From NCBI RefSeq assembly GCF_009914755.1, contig NC_060926.1: a stretch of 64,000 nt of DNA; one strand, written 5' to 3'. Source of the DNA: the human T2T-CHM13v2.0 reference genome, Homo sapiens. A program made the position numbers and the translations under genes. The notes under the pieces are model-generated. The model saw only the letters and a program-made list of their open reading frames with translations, was not told the origin of the DNA and ran no database searches. Shown here piece after piece: positions 1 through 13,729 of the stretch; position 1 is the first letter of the stretch, and each line of letters starts with the position of its first letter.

Positions 1-1088
1 TCTTGCTGAAAGAAGATTCAAAGGGAAAACTTCTCCCGTTCTTCTTGGGTCATAGCAGGGGTAATGTACAAGTTCCTCCAGATAAAACAAGCTTAGCATG
101 AAGAGGACATGAAGAATCATTATGCTTAGTTCATTTGTTCAAACCTTGAAATTGAGACACAGCCTTGTGAAGGCAACTCCTCCACCTCATTAGTTTATGA
201 ACTTTCTCTGGGGTATTTCAGTAAGGGCTTAGTGTATAGGTCAATTTTTCTTTCGGCTCTATAAAATTGATGAAAGTACTGGCAATTTAACTTCTTTAAA
301 CTTTACTTTCCCTGTGTTTAAATTAGAGAAGACAATACTATTTTTTGTCAAAATCAGTTTCAGGCTAAAGATGTAGTAATATACATCACTCTGTAAAATA
401 GAAAGTATATATTAATTATTAATAATGTATGCTATAATTTTAAAAACTAGGTGAAAACTTAAGTAGTACATCTTCTTCATGAAAAGATAAAGAAAATCCA
501 ATTTATCCAAGAGTATACATTTGTTTAGTGCCAGAAATTAGACAGAAGCCTATTTACTTGAACATAATACCAACTCCAAAAATCATCCATAAGTATTTCT
601 AAAAGGAATAAACTAGAAAGGAATGCATTAATATTACATTAGTTTTATAATATATTGACTGTCTTCAGTGTGCTTTGCCTTTTGTGAGGTGTTAAAGAAA
701 AAAAATTAAGTAATACAACACTGTTCCAACTTTGGAAATGGGTCAAGTAGAGAAACAGCAAAGATATACAAACGTGTAAACGCACAAATTCACAAACACC
801 AAAGTTAGAAAATAATTTAAAAGCAAAATTCAGAAAGTGAAAGATGAAAAGTAGACCATTGGAGTTACAATTAGAATAAAATCATAAAAATGAGTTGAAG
901 AATATCAAATAATTATTCTTTTCAACTTAAAAAATACATTATAGATATGGTTTTTGGGTCTATCAAAAAAAGAAGGTTAGGCTGGTATTTGAGGTATCCC
1001 AGTAAAGACAAGAAAAAATAGTTAATGAAGCACCAAATTACTTATTTTTTTTACACATAGAATCAGAAAAAAGCAACAAAATATAAAT

Positions 1089-2058
1089 GAATTTGATACC
1101 AAGAGCAGTTCTAGAGGAATAGAGCTTAAGGATGAATTTTCTGAATTGGGGTTTTTGAAACTGGCTATCTAATCTGATAAGATTAAAAACATGAAATACT
1201 CTTATTTCCAGTGGTAAACAGAGCACTGAAAGTCCATGACATGATCTGGCAATAGAGATATACAAAATATCTCCATTGGCTATTTCTAACCAAACATTTA
1301 TAAGAATACATGCATTATATTGCATGTGGTCATTCAAATTGAGGATCTGAATTTTCAGCTCAAGCATAGCACAAATGAGGTGAAATTTTCCACGAAGGCC
1401 TGAAAGAGATGCTTATCCTCTGTAGCCACAGGCTAAAACTGCTGAAAGCTAAACATAGAGTTGAATCTTGAGTGGCTTAATACAATGTAAATTGATTTCC
1501 CAACTTTGCGATGTGTCTACTGTTGAATTGAGGGCACTGCTTATGAAGAAATGGGATTCTAAAAGTTCAGATGGGGTCCTGTGGAAAGATCCTAATAAAT
1601 TTGAGGACATGTAGTCCCTAAATTCTGATGAGTCTGCTTGGCCAGTAGAAGCACCCTTTCCATCGCCATTTCAGGGGATTAATTCTGCATTTTTTGAGGA
1701 AACTGTAATGGCCTCTCTTGAGGGAGTTACCTTGCTATGATTCTCCTCTGACCCAGTCAACGTTACACCGCTTTGCTTCTGGACCTATAACTAGACTCAA
1801 ATCCCAGCACATGCTTAAAGATGAGGTACCAAGTGTGACTCAGGAAGAGGTGCACTATACTCCAAAAGAACTATTTGAGCTTTCTAACATATACAGACAT
1901 AAATAGGGGAATATGTGTGTGAACGGATATTAAGAGTATGGGATAAAGATAGAAAAAACATCAAGTTGGATCAGGCTGAATTTATTGATATAGATCCACT
2001 AAGCAGAGATTCTGCCTTTAATGCTGCAGCTTGTGGAGTTAGGGCTTTGATAATTTGT
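1089..2058 (+). mobile_element. ERV-L internal fragment (leader plus decayed Fv1-related gag)
   Basis: Start 'gaatttgataccaagagcagttctagagg' resembles the ERVL-int 5' end. ORF pieces QEEVHYTPKELFELSNIY and ILRVWDKDRKNIKLDQAEFIDIDPLSRDSAFN match ERV-L gag. Stops and frameshifts are present. Confidence 0.88.
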
Positions 2059-2892
2059 TTCCTTTTTATTTATTTAGCATTCCTTCTAACTTGCAAAAAT
2101 GCACGGAAGCCAAATATTGGCCTATTGTTGCATGTATGTGTTGTGCCTCATTCTTTCAGTTTTTTGTTGATAAGGTGTTAATGTGCAGTTAACGTACATG
2201 CACATTAACCCTGATATTTTATAGATAAGTATCAATTGTGTATGCATTTATTATTCACTGTGATTTATTAGCTATGGATTAGGGAAAACAAAAGTGGGGT
2301 AAATAGCCAGTTGATGTGTATAAACAACAAACCAGTAACCACAATCACTATATGTTTATTGATAAAGGCAAAATAAAATTGAAAAAAATATATATATACT
2401 ATTAAGAAAATCACAAATCTATATTAAATGATGTGTTGTCAGACAACAGTATAAATGGAAAATGGTACTTTATTCTAAGATAAGAAGCTATTCTAGAATG
2501 AATGATATTAAATTTTACTACAGTAGTCTAAAAATTAACTCTATTATTATTACAAATAATATATCAACCGATCATATTTTCACTTCAAAATTTTAGTTAT
2601 TCCTGTAAAATAAAGTAAAAATACTCAAGATTATAATAAAAAATTCAGAAGTACAGTATATTTTTACAGTATCAAGCAATAATAGGAGGCTTTTAAAATT
2701 TGCATCTGATGATGAAATGAAGCAACAAAGTGATTAGCATTTTTGATAAATCAAATCAAGTATATATGTGAATTGAGTATTTAAGAAATGAAGAAATTCA
2801 AGTCAGTGGAAAAGTTTCAAATTTGAGAAAATTCCATAATTATTGGTAATATTATGGTGACTGGAAACTGCTATATTATTATTAACTAATAG

Positions 2893-2951
2893 TATATGCT
2901 TTAAACATAATTCAGTATGTTATATTGAATGTATTATGTTTAAAGCATATA
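2893..2951. repeat. AT-rich inverted repeat, perfect 19-bp arms with 21-nt spacer
   Basis: tatatgctttaaacataat (2893-2911) is the exact reverse complement of attatgtttaaagcatata (2933-2951). Confidence 0.9.
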
Positions 2952-3235
2952 TTACTAATTTATAGTAATATATTATTTTATATTATATAGTATATGAATT
3001 ATATATTTTATACTATATAGGTGTATCTTCTACATGATTACAAATTAATGTCCCAATATACTTATAATTGCATTATTTAAAATATTAAACATTTTTAAAA
3101 AGAACAAGTAAATTACAAAAATTTAATATGAGTGATACTTCTATGTATCACAAAGCCAGAATGTTGAAGTTAAAGAATGTTGAACAAAAAATGAAAAATT
3201 GGTAAAACTTTTTTTTGCAATATCCGTGTATATAT

Positions 3236-3920
3236 ATTCAACTTTTATTTTAGGTTCAGGGTTCATGTGAAGGTTTGTTACACAGGTAAGACTCATGTCA
3301 CGAAGGTTTGTTGTACAGATTATTTCATCACACAAGAATTAAGCTGAGGACCCAATAGTTACCTTTTCTGCTCCTCTCTCCTACTACCCTTCACCCTCAA
3401 ATAGACCCTGGTGTCTGTAGTTTCCTTCCCATTCATAAATTCTCAGCATGTAGCTCCTACTTATACATGAAAACACGTGGTATTGGGTTTTCTGTTCCTG
3501 TGTTAGTTTGCTGAGGATAATAGCTTCCAGCTGCATTCATGGTCCCACAAAGGACATGATCTCATTCTTTTATGGCTGCATAGAGTTCCATGGTGTATAT
3601 GTACCACATTTTGTTTATCCAGTCTATCACTGATGGGCATTTACGTTGATTCCATGTCTTTGTTATTGTGAATTGTGCTGCAATGAACATTCATGTGCGT
3701 GTGTCTTTATGGCAGAATTATTTGTATTCCTCTGGGTATATACCCATTAATAGGATTCCTGGGTCGAATGGTAGTTCTGCTTTTAGCTCCTTGAGGAATG
3801 GCCATACTACTTTCCATAATAGTTGACCTAATTTACACTCCCACCAACAGTGTATAGTTTTTCCATTTTCTCCACAACCTGGCCAGCATCTGTTATTTTT
3901 TTTACTTTCTATTAATAGCT
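3236..3920 (-). mobile_element. L1 3' end (L1PA13-16-like)
   Basis: Antisense L1 3'UTR and ORF2 tail: 'gtttgttgtacagattatttcatcac', 'tatggctgcatag..ttccatggtgtatatgtaccacattt'. Confidence 0.9.
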
Positions 3921-4157
3921 ATGTATTGATTTACTATTTTGCCTGTAACTTCTGCTTTCCTGAAATTTACCCCTCCCTTTAAAAACCCTTACTTGCAAGC
4001 CATCAGGGAGTTTGAATCTTAAGCATGAGCTCCCTTGATTTTCCTTGCTCGGCACTCTGCAAATAGATGGCTTCCTTTCTATTGCAGCAAAAACCTTGGT
4101 GTGGATATCCGGACTTACTGTGCTGGGTGAGCAGACCCCAATTCAGTTCTCTAACAC
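3921..4157 (+). mobile_element. ERV1 LTR 3' half (MER4 group; MER72/LTR47-like, tentative)
   Basis: 'taaaaacccttacttgcaagccatcagggag', ending 'gcagacccca...gttctctaaca', typical of ERV1 LTR 3' termini. Confidence 0.65.
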
Positions 4158-4159
4158 AT

Positions 4160-4300
4160 TTCTGGAAATGGAATAACTAGATGAAACTATACATATATTT
4201 AAACTACACATATGTTTGAAATGATGATACATATTGCCAAGTTGCCTTTCAAAATGGTTATACAATTTACGGTCTACCAAGTGTGTGTGTAAATTTTCAT
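4160..4300 (-). mobile_element. Old L1 (L1M) fragment
   Basis: 'atattgccaagttgcctttcaaaatggttatacaatttac' is an antisense L1 ORF2 3' motif. Confidence 0.55.
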
Positions 4301-6349
4301 ATCCTAAAAAAAAATGCTGAAAATGGACAGTAGTAATCTTTTTAATCATTTATATTCATGCCAGGAACTAAGGATACCAACTTGAAAAATAAATTATCAC
4401 CTGCCTACGACTACCTAACAATCAAATTAGTCAACTTTTATAAAGAATAAAGTGTTTAAATAATGTAAAACTTTAACAAATTCTGTAAGAATCAGAGAAA
4501 GAAGCACATTCAGAGGAGGATGTCATTCAGGAAATAATTCCTAATGTCTATTATTATTAATATTATATATTTTTTACTTAGGGATCATCTTTTGGAACTT
4601 TTCCTGATCACTATAAATAATTCATGATATTTAGTAGATTATTCACGGTTAGGGTTTGTCTCCTCTCTCATCTACATTCTCTGCCTTGTCCTGTTCCAAA
4701 GGAATTTCTCATGGAGAAAATGCACTTGTATGTTTCAAAGCTAATTGGATAGCTTCATACAAGTGAAACACAATTTTGCTTTGAGTGGTTTATTATTTTC
4801 AGAAATGGCTAAACACCAAAACACTGGGCAATAATAACTGGTAGTGAGATTAAGAATACATTTGATATATTATTAATTGTAATTACTATGATTAAATTAA
4901 AATGTTGGTAGTCAAATTTCGAAAGTCTCTATTTATCTGCTATCTGCTGATGGATTACTCTGCTGGTTAATATAATAATACTTTGTACTTCTCATGGACA
5001 TTCGCCTTCAAATGTAATTAGTAGGAAAACAAGTTTTCTTTAGACTGCCTTTGCCAGTGCAGGGGTCTCCTGATGGAGATGTTGCCATAAAATTACTAGT
5101 TTTCCATGGCATCTACCAGTAACGATCCCATAGTCTACACTGTAAAAAATTCTTTTTAAATAATGTTTGAAATGTGGGTTGCTTTGGAATTTGATTAGGG
5201 AAAACAAAATGCTTTGGGTACTTTATTTTTTCTTGTATAATTTTCCTTTCTTTCGTACTTCTTGTTACACTTAATCATACCTAGATTGAAAAAGTTACTA
5301 GCAGGTTCTAGTGCTTTTTATTCCATTAAATTTTGAAGTAGCCAGTTGATAATCTGCCTTCAATTCATTCTCACAAGAAATGAAGCATTCTCAAACAAAA
5401 CTTTTTCTTGAGATTTGTATTAAGTTAATAAAATTAAATAACTAAAACCTAAACTTAGTTATCAAAGATTACACTGTTTAATATTTAGAATTTTGTACTT
5501 CAAGTGATTTCACAGATTATAACTATTTTAAAAAACAATCGATGTTATTTTTTGTAATAGTATATTATGAACACATTTTGGTTAAAATATTTTGTTCTCA
5601 AATGTAGAGATACTGCAATCTGTTAATATTGATATTAGCTATTATTTATTCATTGTTTAATTATTACAAAACTATAATAATATTTTGATTTATTATTGAT
5701 TTTTAATTTGGAAATTATTTTATTCTTGTAATAAAACATATTTGTAATGTAACTGAGGGAAGTTCCAAACGTTAAATAAATGAGATTTTTATTCTAGGTT
5801 ATATTTAGAATGCTTGCTTTACTTGAAAATGAATATTTGGATATTAATATATTCAAAAGGTAGCCTTATTGACATCACTGATTGTGTTATAATGATTAGA
5901 TATCATCATACCTACATTACCTAATAATCATTGTTTAGACACATATCCAGCAGTGACAGAAATGACAGCAATTAGACCTTCAAGTTCTAGACTGAAGCTG
6001 AAGCCATAGACAAGAATATAGCCAAATGGTGAGACCAACATCTAAATTTGGTGCAGGCATAAAGCTGACATCAGAAAATAGTCTTGCCAATACAGGCTTT
6101 ATGGGATTCAGAAGAAGATCCTTTATTATTGCAGAAATTGTGTAACAAGAGACATAATTAGAAACGGACCCATATTATTATATTTCTTTCAACACGTTTG
6201 ACAATAGAGTTGCATCAATATCTATGAGAAACAATTGACATTTTTTAAAAATAACCGAATATTGGTCAGATTGTATCTTTTAATTTTTTTATTATTACAT
6301 AAATGATTTTAAAACGTGTGTCTTAGTTCATAATAATTTTCAGCAATTC

Positions 6350-6582
6350 TTAGTTTATATACATAAATTTGTATGTAATCATGGAGTACAAGTGCAATTT
6401 TGCTACATTGGTATATTGCACTGTGGTGAAGTTAGGGCCTTCAGTGCATTGGTCACTAGAGTGATGCACATTGTACCCACTCAGCAACCTCCCATCATCC
6501 ATCTCCTTCCCGCTTCTGTACTTTCCTGAGTCTCCATTGTCCATCATTCCACATTCTGCTTCCATGTGTATACATTATTTAG
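6350..6582 (-). mobile_element. L1PB-type 3' end
   Basis: 'tacaagtgcaattttgctacat..tatattgcactgtggtgaagttagggc', 'ttccatgtgtatacattatttag'. Confidence 0.8.
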
Positions 6583-6999
6583 TTTAATAAAAGCTTGAAT
6601 ACGTAGCCACTTTTAGGCACTAAATGGAACAAACTAGCAAATTAGAGTTACAATAATGATTTTAATGTTTACTGTGTGAATCCTGGCTACATGAGAGACC
6701 TTTGTGAATTCTGATTTCAGGCTTATTTGTGAGCAATTCTTAAGACCTATTCTTGTACTTGGATGTCTCTTCCACTGAGATGGACAAAAAGCATAGCAGG
6801 ATTAAGAGAGGAAGAAGTTGCTAGCAGAGAAAAGATGGAACATATTTGAATCATTTTAGAACAAAAGCAGGGTAAAAATCTTTCTTAAGCCATGGGTTTG
6901 TTCTCTCCAGAAAGGGGCTCAGTTTGCTGTTCAGGTTTAGACTTCTACCTTGTATGCAGTTTAGATAAATGTAGTACTTTATCCAGTATCTATGTGAGA

Positions 7000-7085
7000 A
7001 CTCCATGTAATCTTGACAAGTTACTTAGCCACTTATCCATGCCTCTGTTGCATCATCTGTGAAATTAAGATGGAAATATTATTTT
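7000..7085 (+). mobile_element. MIR core fragment
   Basis: 'tgtaatcttgacaagttactta...cctctgttgcatcatctgtgaaat' resembles the MIR core. Confidence 0.55.
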
Positions 7086-7303
7086 GATATTCCATAGAAT
7101 TTGGAGAATTACACCTGTCATTATAAGATTTTTACAAAGTAATTGGATTTTAGAAGTGCCCATTAAATGCACATAATGATGATAATTATGATACTGATGA
7201 CTCTTGTAATTCATCAAATACTTTGACATTGAAAGAGCTACTTTTGGTTCTCAATTTCTTTCATAGTTTTACCAAATAACAAGTTAAAAAGTTTACAAAT
7301 GTA

Positions 7304-7595
7304 GGCCGGGCACGGTGGCTCACGCCTGTAATCCCAGCACTTTGGGAGGCCGAGGCGGGCAGATCACGAGGTCAGGAGAGCGAGACCATCCTGGCTAACA
7401 CAGTGAAACCCCATCTCTACTGAAAATACAAAAAATTAGCCGGGCGAGGTGGCGGGCGCCTGTAGTTCCAGCTACTCGGGAGGCTGAGGCAGGAGAATGG
7501 CGTGAACCCCGAGGGGCGGAGCCTGCAGTGAGCCAAGATCGCACCATTGCACTCCATCCTGGGCGACAGCGAGACTCTGTCTCAAAAAAAAAAAA
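7304..7595 (+). mobile_element. Full-length AluY (AluYe5-like) with 18-bp TSD
   Basis: TSD aaaaagtttacaaatgta at 7286-7303 and 7591-7608. Diagnostic 'gcgaggtgg', 'gaaccccgaggggcggagcctgc' and 'gacagcgagac'. Confidence 0.95.
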
Positions 7596-7634
7596 GTTTA
7601 CAAATGTAATAGATGGGAAATGTGATAGATACTT

Positions 7635-8036
7635 GTCCTTGAGATGGGAAAAGTATCTTGGATTCTCTGCATGAGTCCAGTTTAATTACAAAACTTCTTA
7701 AAAGTGGAGATCCATTCCTGGCTATAGTCAGAAGAGATGCACAGACAGAAGTTGGGTCATGTAGATGGCATTGCTGGAAGGATTCAATTTGTTGTTGATC
7801 TTAAAGTTGGAAGGAAGGACCACAGGCCAACAAATGCAGGGCCCTCTAGAATGTTGGAAAGAAATACAAGGAAGGATATTCTCCTAGCTCCTCCAGAAGG
7901 GAACACAGCTTTGATAGTACCTTGTTTTGAGCCCCAAGAGACCCATGTTTCACTTTTGATCTATATAACTGTAAGATAATATATTTGTGTTGTGATTACC
8001 CATCACTTTTGTGGTAATTTTTTATGGCATCAATAC
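7635..8036 (+). mobile_element. MLT1 (MLT1D-like) MaLR LTR, 5'-truncated
   Basis: 'attctcctagctcctccagaagggaacacagc', 'aactgtaagataatatatttgtgttg', ending 'aataca'. Confidence 0.75.
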
Positions 8037-8687
8037 AACAAACAACAGAGTGGAGTGGGTACTGCTCTATATCTGTGCCTGGGTGTATGAGATTTGGTCA
8101 AGGTCTCATGGAAATAGCTTTCTGAATTGTGATAATGATCTCTCTTTAGTGACCAGGCGAAAGCAGATTTGACGATCAGAGAAGAGATTAAGCGTGTTAA
8201 TGTAGAAAAGACAGTCATTGGGAGCAGAGAGCAAATTCTGGAAAGCAATGCAGGAAGTAGTGCATTTTGAAAGTTTCAACTTACTGACAACTTCTTGGGA
8301 GTTCAGCTAATCCTATGGATAATCAATATTAGCATGAAAACAATCCTAGATTAAACTGGAAAAAGAGCCAAGATATCTCAATAATTTGTGCAGTATTTTA
8401 TGAAGACTATATATGGGGAGGGAGTGTCTTGCTAAACAAACCCTTTCTAATAAGAAATGATACCTTTAGTAACTGAAATATTCTCATCCCTCAAAAACTG
8501 TTTCTTCCTTTGCTAATAGAGGCTGAAAAAACACTGAAACATGCTCCTTTCTTTTTTGGCTCACGATGCTACTTTCAGCATTTCTACTCTGCTACATTAT
8601 GTACAGAAGTAGTGGTTGAACCAGCTCAAGTGACTAGCAGAGAAGATCCATCCTAAGCAGTGAGTATATTGTCATTAATGTTGTCAG

Positions 8688-8697
8688 CACACACATA

Positions 8698-8743
<46 letters not shown>
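8688..8743. repeat. Compound (CA)n(GA)n microsatellite
   Basis: Directly visible. Confidence 0.97.
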
Positions 8744-8745
<2 letters not shown>

Positions 8746-10166
8746 CGCACTGTGGTAAAATTCTGAATAGTTTCTCCTAATCAATATTCTGTGGTTCTGG
8801 CTAAAGACATAATTGAAATAAAAAGACACTTGTTGAAATACATCCTTACTAACATCTCGAAAATGTTCAGTGCCTGGGTAAATATAGCAGGAGTTGATGT
8901 ACATCAACTGTAGGTCAGCCTACCTTGCAGACAACAAAAGCTACATCTAGTTTATGACTACTGTTTCCATAGAAACTCCAAATTACTGGAGTTGTCAGTC
9001 ATATTTCATACTCTGACTTGAAAACTCCATACTAGACAGAAAGTGACATAAAATTGAGAATATTTGGAAAAACACATCAGTTTTAAGTTTTTGAAGTACA
9101 AAATTGGTTCAATCTTTTGTAAATTTTGTTAACATCTCTTCTGTCCCTCTCACCTCTACTCCTCTTTTGTCCAAGAAACAACTACAATCAAAATGGCTCA
9201 CATGAAGCCATCATCTAACCAGGTTCCCTGTATCTGTACTTTTCCCTGTTTAATTAATAATAAGCTTTGAAAAAAGAATAATATTCAACAAGTAATCAAA
9301 TAAAAAAAAGTCCTGCTGTAAAATATCCAATGTCTTCTCATTTTGATTAGCATAATGACCAAAAACCCTTACTGGCTCCTCGTATGCCCTGTGTGCTTTT
9401 GTTCTGCCTTCTCATGTGATTCTGAAAGTCATTCAGTTTCTCATCCTTTCATGCTGTCTTCCACATGGTATCTTTTGCATACTAAGTGCTCCTAAGCACT
9501 TATGTCCTTTACCTGTTCTGGATTATTTCATTAAGTTAGTCTTCAGATCATAGTTTGTGTGGTGTTTTCAAAGGACCTACCGTGACTCCTCAAATCAGGA
9601 TAGGTAGACATATCTAGAAATTTTCCTCAACAAAGGGTGGTCAAATTGCCTTTATACTTTTGGCAAAAAATTACAGCTAAATTACTTGCAAAATTATATC
9701 TCTGCATGTAATTATTTCCATATATTTTTTATTTGATTTATTTAATTTATTCAGAAGAATTAGGAAATAAACTTCATAGAATTTACTATTATATGTTCTT
9801 AGTTAGAAGAATTTGTCTTTAAGGAAGAGGTCAAGAAATTTCAATATACTATGTAAAAAAATATGTATCATATTTAATGTATATGCATAGTAAATATAAA
9901 CCATTAGTTAACTTAGCACTAATCAAATTGCCATAGAAATAGATAATTCTAAGTTCCTAGAGATTGAAAGAATCAGGGTGATCATGTATGTCCATATTAC
10001 TAGTCACCACAGGCACTTCCTCAACTGCATCCATGACAAGTCATCAGCCTGGCTTTGAGACGCTACAAGACACTAAATATAAGAATTCAGTCTTAAAAGA
10101 TTCTGCTAGTAGTTATAATGAGACAGATTAATTTTAGATACAGCATAATATCTACTCTCTTACAAC

Positions 10167-10452
<286 letters not shown>

Positions 10453-12261
10453 TAATGATCCTAATTTGTCTGTCTTACTGCAGACCATAACTTAAATAAA
10501 TCTGGGAGATAAAGGTACTTAAAATAACTGAAAGCACACATTTTTTTCCTAAATCTGTATTTTTTTATTCAGGCTAAAAATCTCTTATATCTTTCAACTT
10601 ATCTTTCCTGAGTGAAATAGTTTTGGTCATAGTTAGGCTTATAAAAGTGTCTTCAATTTAATTTTTTTGATATAATCCTATCTATCCAATGTCCCTTTGA
10701 TTTTTTGTTTTATTCTCTTTGTTTGGAAAGCACTCAATACCTTAGATGATGTTAATTGCATTATCATGTAGAGCATGCTATGTTTTTCATCAACTAAATT
10801 GTTTGTATATTGTGACATTTATAAAGGCATCTCTTCTCTTTGGTTCATTTTTAAGTTCAACTGGCAAAACACTCTTTTTTTTCTTTCAATATATTGTTAG
10901 ATTTAATGATTATCAACTCTTTAAAAATTTTAGAGTTAAAAATATTTAGGTTTTGTCATTCAATCTATGAACTATGTCACTAGCTCTGAACCACATGAAC
11001 ATATCTTCAATAATAATTCAAAACCTGGGGGAGAAACTTAGATATTTTAAACTATAGCCAATTAAAACAAAGTGGTAGGGGAAATTGACCAAGGCATTTG
11101 TTGACCAATATATTTATTTTAGTTAAGATGCATTTTTCTTCTTTATAGATAATTACTGGTACAGATAATTACTGGTAAAAGTGTCCTTAGTATTCCATTT
11201 CTTGGATATAGAAAATGAAGCTATTATAGTGTATCTATGCATTTCAGATAGTTTTCTGTTAACTCACCTGTCCTCTGTGCCCAATTACTACATGAATTTA
11301 AATATGTGAAAATCTCCATGCTGATTAGAAATTATGTTGGCTGCCATTTTGCTTTTAGGTTATGAACTGGCCCACAGATGCAAATTAAGACATATCTCAA
11401 TACTGTTTATTTGCATACATTTTTTTTCTTCCAAATCTATCTGCTCTAAAAGCTGTAATGATACAAATACCCATAAAAACAGGGCAAGTGACTTTGAGTG
11501 AAGACTTCGTGTGGTCAATTAAGCAACAGCATTTTTTTAAGCTTGTAAATATCCTTAAGCTGAGAATGTTTTATTAAAGGGGTTATTTTACTTTTAATGG
11601 CTGAAATATTTCTGGGCTTTGAAAGCATATTTAGTCCTTAAGGGCTCTTTGGAGAGAATGAGTGACCTTTATCATCAAAGCACTAAATGAGAATACCATT
11701 GGCATAGCTGTATTATCATAAAGCAAATTTAGAAACCAGATTTATAAAAGGGCATGGAATTGGCCTAATGGAAAAGGCCAAGTATGAGTCCTTATGGAAT
11801 TTTCCCATGTGTTGAAGAGAATGCAGATTAACTGGAGTGGGGCCAATTTCCTATTTTAGAAATCTGCAGCAAATTGAGCATGGGATTATGAAAATAGGGT
11901 ATTGTTTCACAGACCACACACCAGCCATACATATGGGTTATTGTGGCTTCAATACTCTTCTATGGATAATAACAGGTCAACGGTGATTAATTTCATTGTA
12001 AACATTTCTTAACCCCTCCTTAGTGACCAGTCACTGAGATAAAATACATTTGAAAGTTAAGATCACCTCCATACGAATATGAAGCATTGATTTATAGAAA
12101 AACAGCATGAGACATTTATGCCAAAAACACAACATGATCACACTGACAATAAATTTATATCACCCAAAATACATGAAGTATAACAGTACAGAATATAAAT
12201 GGTTGCTATAACATAGGTAAGACAATCTCTTACCTTATTCTTTCTAAGCAAACCAAACTGT

Positions 12262-12288
12262 ACACACACACACACACACACACACACA
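12262..12288. repeat. (CA)n microsatellite
   Basis: Directly visible. Confidence 0.97.
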
Positions 12289-12344
12289 AGGTCAGAACTA
12301 CATACACCCCAGAATCAGTCTATTTGATATGTGCCTACAACTGT

Positions 12345-12520
12345 TATTTCAAAGTTGCTAAATGAATAGATTTTTAATGTTCTCACCACACACAAGAAAT
12401 GGTAAGTTGGTGGAGTGATATGTTAATGAGCTTGATTGAATCTTTCTACATAGATCGAAATATCACATTCTACCTCATTAATTCAGAGAACTATTCTCTT
12501 TCAAATAAAAGTATACATTA
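12345..12520 (+). mobile_element. L1MA-type 3'UTR fragment
   Basis: 'gttgctaaatgaatagatttttaatgttctcaccac...tgatatgttaatgagcttgatt'. Confidence 0.7.
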
Positions 12521-12812
12521 AAAATATCGAAAATAAATAAATACATTCATTAAAAGTACAGGCACAGCTATCTGTGGGAGCTGCTCTATAAAGTAGCTTG
12601 CAAATAATATGCTATAACTTTACCATTTTCAAAATATTGATTCTTTGTAATTTTTTAAGTTGGATAGTCAAGATCTAATATTCATAATCTTACATATGTA
12701 AAATGAACTTAGAAAAAGAATAGTGACAGACAAGGAGTATAAGAAGTAAGAGTTTGAGGAAATAATGTATAAATGGTCAAAGACACACAATTATACAAAA
12801 TTACTCAAAATA

Positions 12813-13234
<422 letters not shown>

Positions 13235-13729
13235 TCAATGCTTCCTCAGAGGATAATTAAAAGGTCAAGAAGGATAGCCATTCAAATCAGTTAGATCTTA
13301 ATACCTTAAAGTTCCACTTATTTAACTGAGAAAATTCTAAAACCCCACTTCATATATGAACAGCTATGTGAATATGAGCACAAAGTTAACAGAAATGAAG
13401 AAAATTATGTCTATTAAAGTTGCGAATAGTAGATAAGGTTGAAACTGCACACTGAAATATTTTTTTAATAGTACGTAGTATTTGTCTTTGCATGCTCAAT
13501 TGTCACCTCTAATTTTGTGATATCACAAAAAGAGCTACTTCAAAATCTTCATGCTTACGGCTTTAAGACTTACGTGAGAGTTTGCCTACTTTATAATATT
13601 CAGGAATAGATATGTTAGGTCTTAAGTACACTTCGTGTAATAATTAGCTGCCAGATTTTGCTGCAGATGAGTGACAAGAGTTCTTTTTTTCATCCTCAGT
13701 AAAAACAAACAAACAAAAAATTGAACTGA

